DNA of 64,000 nucleotides, from positions 90,003,691 through 90,067,690 of the forward strand of contig NC_090387.1 of assembly GCF_036365525.1 (NCBI RefSeq). The letters run 5' to 3'. The position numbers and the translations under genes were made by a program. The notes below the pieces were generated by a model that was not told the origin of the DNA, ran no database searches, and saw nothing but the letters and a program-made list of their open reading frames with translations. Positions 51,248 to 62,700 of this stretch are shown here, in pieces (the first letter of the stretch is position 1; the number at the start of each line of letters is the position of its first letter). This DNA is from Heterodontus francisci. Taxonomy: Eukaryota.

Positions 51248-53496
51248 GGTTTTGGATTGGGGGAGAGCGAATTTTAGTAAAATAAGGCAGGAACTGGCCA
51301 AGTTAGACTGGAAAGAGTTGCTTGTCGGGAAATCGACAGAAGAGCAGTGGGGGTGGGGGTGGGGGGTGGGGGGGGGGCGTGGGGTGGTGGTGGGGGGGAC
51401 ATTCAAAAAGGAAATGGGGAGGGTATAGGCCCAACAGATTCCCTCTCGGGTAATAGGTAGGAGCAACAAGCCCAGACAACCATGGATGACAAGAAACATT
51501 CAGGGTACGATGAGAAGGAAAAGAGAGGCTTTTAGCAAATACAAGGAGAGCAAATCAACGGAAGCATTAGTGGAGTACGGAAATTGCAGGATGGAACTTA
51601 AGAAAGCAATTAGGAGAGCAAAGAGGGGACATGAGAAAGCTCTGGCTGGTAAAAGTAGGGAAAATCCCAAGATATTCTGTAAGTATATCAATGGGAAGAG
51701 GATAACCAGGGAAAGAGTAGGATCCATTAGGGACCAAGCGGTAAATCCGTGGGTGGAGCCAGAGGACATTGGTAGGGTGTTGAATGAATACTTCACATCT
51801 GTCTTCACCCAAGAGAATGAGGAAGTTGATATGGAACTCAGAGAGAGAGACTGTGAGGTTCTTGAGCAAATTGTCATAGGGATTGACAAGGTATTGGAGG
51901 TTTTGGCAGGCTTAACAGTGGACAATTCTCCAAGTCTGGACGATTTGTGTCCCAGGATGCTGTGGGAGGCGAGGGAGGAGATTGCAGGGGCTCTGACTCA
52001 AAGTTTTAATTTCCGTCTGGCCACGGGGGAGGTGCCGGAGGACTGGAGAACAGCTTATGTGGTCCCACTATTTAAGAAAGGTTGTAGAGATAAGCCAGGG
52101 AACTATAGACCCGTGAGTCTCACGTCAGTGGTAGGGAAACTATTGGAGAAAATTCTGAAGAAGAAAATCTATCTCCACTTGGAGACACAAAATTTGATTA
52201 GGAATAGTCAGCATGGCTTTGTCAGAGGGAGGTCATGCCTAACAAATTTGATTGAATTGTTTGAGTATGTGACCAGGTGTGTAGATGAGGGTAGTGTAGT
52301 TGATGTTGTTTACATGGATTTCAGAAAAGCCTTTGACAAGGTCCCACATGGGAGACTTATCAAGAAAGCAAATGCACATGGGATACAGGGTAACTTGATA
52401 AGGTGGATTCAAAATAGGCTTAGCTGTAGGAGACAGAGAGTGATGACAGACAGCTGTTTTAGTGACTGGAAGCCAGTGTCCAGTGGCGTACCACAGGGAT
52501 CTGTGCTGGGTCCCCTATTATTTGTCATTTATATAAACGACATAGATGACTATGTGGAGGGTAGGATCAGTACGTTCGTGGATGATACAAAGATTGGCCG
52601 AGTGGTTAACAGTGAGGTTGAGTGTCTTGGGTTACAGGAAGATATAGACGGGATGGTCAAATGGGCAGAAAAGTGCAGATGGAATTTAATCCTGAAATGT
52701 GTGAGGTGGTACACTTTGGAAGGAGTAATGTGACACGGAAGTATTCAATGAATGGCCTGACATTGGGAAGTTCCAAGGAACAAAGGGGCCTTGGCGTGTT
52801 TGTCCATAGATCTCTGAAGGCAGAAGTGCAAGTTAATAGGGTGGTGAAAAAGGCATATGGGACACTGGCCTTTATCAATCTAGGCATAGATTGCAAAAGC
52901 AGGGAAGTCATGTTGGAGTTGTAGAGAACTTTGGTAAGGCCACAGCTGGAGTACTGTGTACAATTCTGGTCGCCACATTATAGGAAGGATGTCATTGCAC
53001 TGGAGGGGATGCAAAGGCGATTCACCAGGATAGTGCCTGGGATGGAACAGTTAAGTTATGAAGAGAGGTTGGATAGGCTTGGGTTGTTTTTTCTGGAGCA
53101 GAGAAGGCTGAGGTGTGACCTGATCGAGGTGTACAAGATTATGAGGGACATGGACAGGGTCGATAGGGAGCAGCCCTTAGTTGAAGGGTCAGTTACTATG
53201 GGACACAAGTTTAAGGTGAGGGGCAGGAGGTTTAAGGGGGATTTGAGGAAGAACCTTTTTACCCAGAGGGTGGTGACGGTCTGGAATGCATTGCCTGGGA
53301 AGGTGGTGGAGGCGGGTTGCCTCACATCCTTTAAAAATAACCTGGGTGAGCATTTGGCATGTCATAACATTCAAAACTATGGGCCAAGTGCTGGCAAATG
53401 GGATTAGGTAGACAGGTCAGGTGTCTTTAATGCATCGGTGCAGACTCGATGGGCCGAAGGGCCTCTTCTCCACTGTATTATTCTGTGGTTCTGTGA
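51248..53496 (+). mobile_element. CR1 LINE, 5'-truncated, with a 415-aa RT ORF
   Basis: PGNYRPVSLTSVVGK, YMDFRKAFDKVPH, SGVPQGSVLGP, FVDDT; ttctgtg tail ends 157 bp before the gene C ATG. Confidence 0.93.
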
Positions 53497-53653
53497 CATA
53501 CAACTGTTTCAGCAAAGAGACAACAAAAACATGTTCTGAACCCTTAGACAGGATGTTACGCTTCTTTGAGGCGTATGTCATACTCCGACCCTTCGGCTTT
53601 CTTACAATCGACCAGCTCATGGCCTGTGGCTCCGAGTGATCAAGTGGTTCAGA

Positions 53654-53708
53654 ATGTTAGCGACTGTTGTACTTCAGTGCCTCTCTGTTTTGGGGATCAG
53701 TTTCACAG
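53654..53708 (+). CDS. Gene C exon 1, leader (MLATVVLQCLSVLGISFT)
   Basis: agaATG, hydrophobic signal-peptide-like sequence, 55 nt, donor ACAG|gtacct. Confidence 0.85.
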
Positions 53709-56700
53709 GTACCTGTTCGTTCTACAACTTGCCTTTTTATTAAATGTGGCAGTTATTAACTTTACTTTGATATAGCATGTTTCATTTCCCTTTGTACATA
53801 TTCCCTGATTCCCTTATTCTGGCGCTTTTCCTTCTGTCATACTCTCTCATTATTGTATTTTCCGATAGGCTGCAGCGAAACTTCGGTCAAAGTGACTCAG
53901 CTCCCTGAAAGTACAAGCACAAACTCGGGTACAAATGTTTCATTTCATTGCACGCTTCCCTTCTTTCAAGATGGCCCAACTGTGAATGTCTCCTGGTGGA
54001 AGCAGGGTGATAATCAATATCTAAGCACAGGACAAGATGGCAGAAAAGTAATTGGCTTCAAGACTAAATTCAGCGGCTTCCTACAAATAATTAATGTGAG
54101 TGTACAGGACTCAGGAGTATACTATTGCACTGTCACCCATCGAGGCAAAATCGTTGGAAACGGAACGGGATCCAATTTAGCTGTATGGGGTAAGGATAAA
54201 AAAAAGCGAATGAGATCCATGTAACTGTAATATTTCACAACTCGCAAAATTTATTGATTGTACTTCGAAGGATTCAGATCGCAAATTAAATTCTATCCTT
54301 TTAATATGAATACATTGAAATTGCACTTGTGACGGCTGCAGTTATTTTCTGATATGCATCACAATATTTCAGCAATATTGACCAAGACAAGGATTATCGC
54401 TTAGTTGTTTTATCCCAAAATGCACAGTAAACGTATGCAACAAACTACTGAAGTTATAATTGCAGGATCATTTACGGAGGTGTATATCTCGACAGTATTA
54501 GATGCTACCGCGCGAATCTGAAACAGTGAGCATAGATCTTACCCTATTTGAGATTTAGTGTCTTTCTGTTACGAGCGGCTGACTGTTTCTATCGGGATTC
54601 AGATTTCTGTAATTATAATTTAGCAATCTATATGGCAGGATCTTTGAACGGTCATATTACCAACAGCTAAAGTTTACACTCGGTAGCTTGAGCATCCCGC
54701 CACATTTTTTCTTCATGATTTTGACCTCCTTAAATAAGGTATCATCCTGGAACTTGGTGGCAATTTCCCTCTAGTTTGGTAAATTATATGTTATCATCAG
54801 TTTTTATGTTCAACAGGGTGGAATTGTCCGCAGCGGTACCGCGAAACAGGGCGAGCAACGCAAATTACATCCTGCTCAATTTTCTTTCCCATTACAACAG
54901 AAAATTGGGCAAGCTATAAACCGGCGACTCACTCGGTATCATCCCATTTCTTTTCTTTTTGCCCCGCGGTAACATTACAATTACCGCCGAAATAAGAGTG
55001 AGACTTGTGAAAATCCGTTTACGATATACCTACTGATAGTGCAAAGTGAACATTGATGCAGTGTGAGAAAGTCTGGCCCGTCCCACCCGCGAGCTCCTCC
55101 AGTGTATAGTTAGAAATGGGCTCAAACAAAACGTTCGGTTGTTAACCTTGATTGATGTCCCATTAACGATATTTTCCTTCATTTTTTTAGTTCCGCCAAC
55201 TCCACTGAAAATTAAATCTCAGCAACCTGAGAAGGATTCATCTGTTTCTCTGACTGTTCTGTGTATGACATCTCCCTTTTATCCGGAAAACATCAGTTTC
55301 ACTTGGTATAAGGATGGCACCAAAACTACAACAGGGATAAATAACGTTATCGAACCCAACACCGACGGACTATATGAAGCCTCCAGCCGTTTGCAAGAGA
55401 CGCAGTTTGTCCTTCCCGGAACTGTTTATACTTGCCTGGTCTCTCACAGTAGCCTCCAAATTTCAGCCATGGCCACTTACATTGTCACTTATCCCAGCAC
55501 AGGTAAGATTTCTGATAAAAGCGAAGAATATTACAGCATAGGAAGAGGCCAGTTGGCCCAGCGTGCCTGTGCGGCGTCTTTGAAAGAGCTGTCCAGTTTA
55601 GTCCCCATAACTGTGCAAATTAGACCCCTTCAAGCAACATGTCCAATTGCCTTTTGAAAATTCCTGTATAAATTGCTTCCAACAACATTTCAGCTTGTGT
55701 ATTCTACATCTCAACAACCCCCATGAGAAAAGAATTTCCCTCAAAACTCCTCTAGTTATTTTTTGCCAATAGTTTTAAACCTATGCCTGCTGGCTATCGA
55801 CCCATTTCTTCAGAGGAAAATTTCTCCCTACTTAATTCATTAAAACCCTTCATAATTTTGAATACGTCTATTTGGTATCTTTTTAATCTCCTCTAGTCTA
55901 ATGTGAAAATCCCAGGTTCGCCATTCTCTTCACGTAGCTGAAGGCCCTCCTCCCTTCTAAAGCCGGTAAATCTCGTCTGTATTCTCTCCATGATCTTGAC
56001 AGTCTTCTTAAAACATGGTGCCCAGAACTGTGCACAATAATCTAACTGAGAATTAACCAGAGATTTGTCAAATTTTGCATGGCTTCCCTGTTTTTGTATC
56101 CAATGCCACTAGCCACAAAACCAATTATCACACAAGCTTCCTTAACCGGCTTATTAACTTGCTCTGCCACCTTCAAAGATTTGTAAATATGCACCCTCGC
56201 TTCTCCTGAATCAGTAGGCCCCTCAAAATAGCACATTCAGATTATACTACCTCTCCATGTTGTTTCATCCAAAGTGGAAACTCACACTTATCCACATTGA
56301 ATTACATCTACCATTCGTCTGCTTCTCTGACTGTTCTGTGCATGTATTTTCTCCTAATGTCTGCTACTACCCTTCTCACCATTTGCTATGTTACCAATTT
56401 TGCATCATTAACAATTTTCAAATTGTACTCCCTATATCAAGTCCAGGTTATTTATGCATATCAGGTAAAGTAGTGGTCCTGATACTGATCCCTGAAGGAA
56501 TCCCACTGCATATTTCTCTCCTGTCAAAAAATCCACTCTCTGCCACCTATCACTTAGCAAATTGTATACCCAAGGTACCTCGGTGCTATAAATCTTATAT
56601 GCCATAGCTCAACATTCTTTTGTTTCATAAAACTGTACCTTAATCCAAAAATATTAAATAAAGATTTGCATTTATATAACGATTTTCACGACCACTGGAC

Positions 56701-59700
56701 GTCTCAACAGCCAATGAAGTACTTCTGAAGTATCGTCAATGTTGTAATGTAGTAAACGTGACAGCCAATTTGCACACAGCAAGCTCCCACAAACAGCAAT
56801 GTGATAATGACCATAGAATATGTTTTGTAATGTTGATTGAGGGATAAATATTGGCTAGCACACCAGGGATTACTCCCCTGCTCGTCTTTGAAATCCTTCC
56901 ATGGTCTCTTTTGCATCCACTTGAGAAGGCAGGTGGGGCTTTGGTTAAACATCACATCTGTAACACAGCACCTCCAACAGTGCAGCACTCCTTCAGTACT
57001 ATATTGGAGTGTCAGCTTTAATTTTTGTGTTCAAGCTCTAAAGTAGGACTTGAACCTAGAACCTTGCAACTCAGAGGCAAGGGTGCTACCAACTGAGCCA
57101 TGGTTGATGCCAACTTCAACACTTGACTAAAAAAAATCGAATTTTCTATCTTTCAGTGCATTTTCTTAATGAATTAAATAACGTACAGATTCGGATTTAT
57201 ATATTTCATTTGCATCTTGTAGGTGATGAGATCACCCGTTATTTGCTGATTTCTGCATCTGCAGGGGGCGGGTTGGTATTATCGATGCTAGCTCTCATCA
57301 TTGTAAACCGATGTCTCTCAAAGAAAAACAACGGTGAGAAATATATGTTTCTTTTTGTTTTACTAAAGTTAGTACAAGTTTCAAAGAGACAGAGGTGATT
57401 ACTGAACACCAAAGTTTTCCTGTGATTTACAATATATGGGATCCTACACACTTCAGGGTACCAGTGTAGAGATAGATTAAAAGTTCTGAAATCGAGTGGA
57501 ATTTTCCAAGGTCTCCAGCCGCCGACAGAGATTCGGGATCGAATTTTATGGGCCTGCTAGTGACTAGAATGGAGGCGGGGGCCATAAAATATCGACGGAA
57601 GGCTGTGGGTGGACTGCCCTTAGCTTCCCATTGCCTTTCATGACAGGAAAGGTCTTCCCATCCAGAGGCCAATTGAGGCCATTAAGAGGCCAATTAATAG
57701 CCACGTAAGGGCCTCTTCCCTTCGCTGCTGCCATCCTAATAGAGGTGGGGGTGCCTGGAATTGGGGATATTCCAGTAAAACAGGGTGACCTCCCTACAGT
57801 CTTTGGTGGGCCTCCTCTGTGGGCAATCTGTGGCCCACAGAGGGTCACCAGCGGCAAAGGCCACCTCTCCATGAATAGCGCCCCCCCCCCCCCCACCCCA
57901 ACGACCTAGATAGCTCTCCCCCGAGCCAGAATTTGCCGGACAAGCCGGACTAGCGCTGGCGACCTGACCACGCTTTCTGGGGTTCTGGGGTTCCAGTGAT
58001 CGGCCTCTTGTAGTATCAGCATTGGTCACCGCTCCCAGTAATGATGCTAGTACTATTGATCTGCCGGCCCTCTGATTGACTAATAGTGCTTGGAGGTGGG
58101 TTCCTCATCCTGAAAGAGATGGGTTGCACGGCCCAGGCAGTTAGTTGCCTGAGTGTCGTTAAATAGAGATGGGGGGTGGGGGGAGGTGGTCTACAAAGGG
58201 CTGAGGCGAGGTTCTTCTCTCCTTTTAGGCCCAGCGTCGGGACCCCTGCGGGCTCGAGGAAATTCTGCCCTCGGACTCAGTGGCTTCTTTATTGCAAAAT
58301 CTCCTTTCATTGCCTGCGATTTAACGCCATTGGGTCAATGAATGTAACATTTTGGGTCATGTCAGTGCGATGTTTCAATCAGTCTCACACTACCTCAATG
58401 GCATCTGAACAATTTTACTTCTATTGTCAGAAGTGATTACAAACCAAGCAATTCTGAACAACAAATGTGATACCTAGGTCATGTTATAATTTACAATGAA
58501 TCAACCTGGGCTGTAAACTGAGAGAGGGGAATGTGCAACGGGACTCGGGTATCCTCCTACACCAGTCGCTGAAGGTGTAACAGGCGATAAAAAGGGAAAA
58601 TGGCATGTTGTCCTTCATAGCGAGAGGATTCGAGTACAGAAGCAGGGATGTCTTGCTGCAATTAAACAGGGCCTTGGTGAGGCCACACCTGGAATATTGT
58701 GTGCAGTTTTGGTCTCCTTATCTGAGGAAGGATATTCTTGCTATAGAGGGAGTGCAGCGTAGGTTTACCAGACTGCTTCTTGGGACGGCGGGACTGATGT
58801 ATGAGTTCGTTAGGATTATATTCGCTGCAGTTCAGAAGAGTGAGGTGGGATCTCAAAGAAACCTATAAAATTCTAACAGGACTTAACAAGGTAGATGCAG
58901 GAAGGATGTTCCTGATGGTGGGGGAGTACAGAACCAAAGGTCACAATCTAATGATACGGGGTAAACCTTTCAGGACTGAGATGAATGGCGGAACAGGCTC
59001 CAAGGGCCGAATGGCCTGCTCCTGCTCCTATTTTCTATGTTTCCATGTTTACCAGAAGTGTCTTTCCAAGCCGAGTAAATGTTTAATCTTAAGTCTTAAA
59101 CTTCATTCGTCAACAGGAGTGCAGAACGATGGTGCAAGATCCAACTCTCCTGAACAGGTAGGTTTTCATAATTCGTAGTAATGTATTTCAAATGTAAATA
59201 TATACATAACAGTATTGTAATCTATTTAATGCAATAATTTGTCAAGTTTAATTCCCTGCTGCACAGATTCATACAAAATAGCACAGGCTGAATTCAGCAC
59301 TTATGCAACAGACAGTCTTCTGCTGCACATAACTAGTAAAAGGGTGGTAAAAGGACGAGTGGGGCCGATTAAGGTCCTAAAAGGGAATTTATTCACGGAG
59401 GCAGAGAGCATCGCTGAGGGACTAAATGAGTACTTTGTATCTGTCCTTAACCAGGAATAGGTTGCTCCCAAAGTCATGGTGAAAGAGGAGGTTGTTGAGA
59501 CACTGGATGGGCTGAAATTGACAAAGAGGAGGTATTAGATAGACTGGCAGTACTTTAAGTTGATAGGTCACCAAGACTGGATGAGATGCATCTAAGGATA
59601 TTTAGGGACGTAAGAGTGGAAATTCCAGATGAACTGTCCATAATCTTCCAATCCTCCTTGGATACAGATGTGTTGCCAGAGAATTGCAAATGTTACACTA

Positions 59701-62700
59701 TTGTTCAAAACTGTGTGTAAGGGCAAGCCCATTAGCTACAGGCCTGTCAGTTTAACCTCAGTGGTGGGAAAGCTTTCAGAAACAATAACACAGCACACTA
59801 TCAATAGTCACTTGGTCAAAATTGGATTAAGCAAGTAAAGCCATCACATAATTCTTCAGGGCAAATCATGTATAACTAACTTACCTGATTTTGATGAGGT
59901 AACAGAGAGGGTTCATGAGGGTAAAGCAACTGATGTGCTGTGCGTGGACTTTCAAAAGGCTTTTGATCAAGTACCACATAACCCGGCTTGTCAACAAAAT
60001 TAGAGTCCAGGGAATAAATGGGACAGTAGAAACATGGATACGAAATTCGCTGAGTGACAGAAAGCAGGGAATAGTTGTGAACAGTTGGTTTTTGGACTGG
60101 AAGAAGGTATATAGTGGGATTCCCCAGGGGTTGGGACGTCTGTTTTTCTTGATACTACTAATGACATAGACTTGGTTGTACAAGGCACATTTTCAAAAGT
60201 TCCGGATGACACAAAACTTGGAAGCATTGTGAACTGTGAGGAGGATAGTGATAAACTTCAAGAGGACATAGGCAAGCTAATGCTTTGGCCAGCAAGTGGC
60301 AGATACAATTTAATGCAGAAAAGTATGAAGTGATTCATTTTGGTAGGAAGAACGCAGGAGAGGCAATATAAATTAAATGTTACAATTCTAAAGGGCTGCA
60401 GGCTCAGAGGAACCTGGGGGTGCATGCGCACAAATCATTGAAGAGTGCAGGGCAGGTTGAGAAATAGGTTAATAAAGTATATGGATCCTGAGCGTCAGAA
60501 AGAGGGGCACAGAGTACAAAACAAGGAAGTTGCGATAAACCTATATAAAATATTGGTTAGGCCTCACCTAGAGTATTGTTTCTAATTCGGGGCACCAGAC
60601 TTTCGAAAGGATGTGAAGGCATTAGGGAGGGTGCAGAAGGAGAGGGTAGAGGATGGTTTCAGGGATGAGGACATTCAATTACGTGGATTAGTTAGAGAAG
60701 CTGGGTCCCTTCTCCTTGGAGAAGAGATTAAGAGGAAATTTGATAGAGTTCAAAATCATGAGGCGCCTGGACAGAGTAGCTAGAGAGAAACTGTGCCCGT
60801 TGGCTGAAGGATCCAGAGCCAGATGACACTGTTTTAAGGTGATTGGCACAAAAGCAACAGTGACAGCAGGTAGTTAGGATTTGGAATGTACTGCCTGAGG
60901 GTATGGTGGATGCAGATTCAGTCATGGCTTTCAAAAGAGAACTGGATAGTTACTGGAAGAGAAAAAAAGTTCAAGACTACAGGGAAAAGGCAGACGAGCA
61001 AGACTAGGTTAGCTGCAGGAAGGATGTGAAGGTCTTTCAGAGGGTGCAGAGGAGATTTACCAGAATAATGCCAGGGATGGGGGATTTTAGTTGCAAGGCT
61101 AGGGTGGAAAAGCTGGATTTGTTCCCTTTAGAACAAAGTAGATTGAGGAAATATTTAATAGAGGTGTACAAGGCTATTTCAGGCTTACATATTTCAGACA
61201 AGGAAAAAAACTTTTCCCATTAGCAAGTGGTACAAGGACTAGGGGATACAGGTTGAAAGTATTGGGCAGGAGATGCAGGAAGAATATGAGGAAGCAACCT
61301 TTTTATGCAGCCGCTGGTAATGACCTGGAACTCGCTGTCCACAAGGGTGGTGTAAGTGGAGACAATCAATGACTTCAAGAGGACGTTGGATGATCACTTG
61401 AAGGAAATGGACTTGCAGGGCTATGGGGATCGAGCTGGGGATGGAACTAACTGCATAGCTCCGAGACGGGCAAGCGTGAACTCGATGGACCGAATGGCCT
61501 CCTTCTGTGCCGTAAATTATTCTAAGATTCAATGGCTGTCCAAGTCCATTAGCTAACTCTGGACTAAATCCAGTGCACAAGCGTTCAAATCCTGGCATGG
61601 TAGTTTGAGATGTTCAAATCAGTTTTCAAAAATCTGTAAGCAAAATATGGTAACAGCCAAAGTAACCATGAAGTTGTCGTGTTTCTCTTAAAACCCGAGC
61701 TGGTTTACTGATGTCTGTCAGAGAAGGGCATCTGCCGTCCTTAACCGGTCCGCTCTGTCCGTGACTCCTGTCCACATTAACTTGGTTGATTCTTAACTTT
61801 CATCTGAAGTCTCCTGACAAGCCCACCACCACCTTCGAAAGGCAGCCAGGGATAAGCAATAAGTGTTGGCCTTGCCAGCGATGACCACAGCGCCAACATT
61901 AATGTAAAATCCTGCAGAATATCACGAGCTGAGATGTAAGTTTTGCTATTTATTGTTCGCGCGCGTCTGCCCAGACCACGGAAGAGGAACTTCGGATGCA
62001 TTTGCTGCAATGTGAAAAAACACGAGGAGACCGGTGACAAGAAACCTGATTTCCTTTCAGGCGCCTCGTTCTGCCATCATATTATCCAACCGAATTTGGA
62101 ACAACCCCAACATCTTTGCCTTCACTCCTTGGGAGGAATTTGTTTCTTTGATGCACAGGATGCGAGGCTGAGCAAGCACTGAGAACCTTATCGGAAAATT
62201 TTGCGCTATTGTCCTCCATTCCTCGCAAATTTAAATCAATGGACAGAAATGTGTTGGTATTAACTCGAGGCTTTCCGATATATACCGTCTGCTGCATAAA
62301 AGTATCGACCCCAGGAAGCGAACAAAAACTCCAACACATCACCAAAGCTGACTCTTTCAGTAACTGCTTTCCCTGAGGTGTGTTCGACATTTGTTTTCCA
62401 TTTGTGTCACTCGTTCTGATTCTTCTCCACATTTAAATCGTCAAAGTCTACCCTGCACTTAAAGAGAGATGGATATAGATATAGATGGAAAAATATGAAT
62501 AGTTATATAATTAGATACATATTATATAGATATAGATGCATATGTTGTGACATTCTGGATGAATAAACACTGAACGGCGGATTTTAAGTTTAGTCCAGAA
62601 AGTGACTGCCAAGATTCAAATAATTGTTTGTGTTCCACGTTCTATTAATTGCAGAATTCTATTCTCCATTTACTTCCTTGATCATTGAAAGTGCCCTGAC

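Noticed and set aside
35723-55502. Interpretation as rearranging Ig light chain, TCR or IgNAR segments
   Set aside because: No RSS next to the V exons, no separate J segments, and dedicated TM/ITIM exons. The CACAGTG hits I noticed are mostly in SINE heads.
61976-62034. Possible extra gene C exon (cccag|ACCACGGAAG...ACCG|gtgaca)
   Set aside because: Its length breaks the phase, the donor is weak, and the paralog in B has a stop and an indel.
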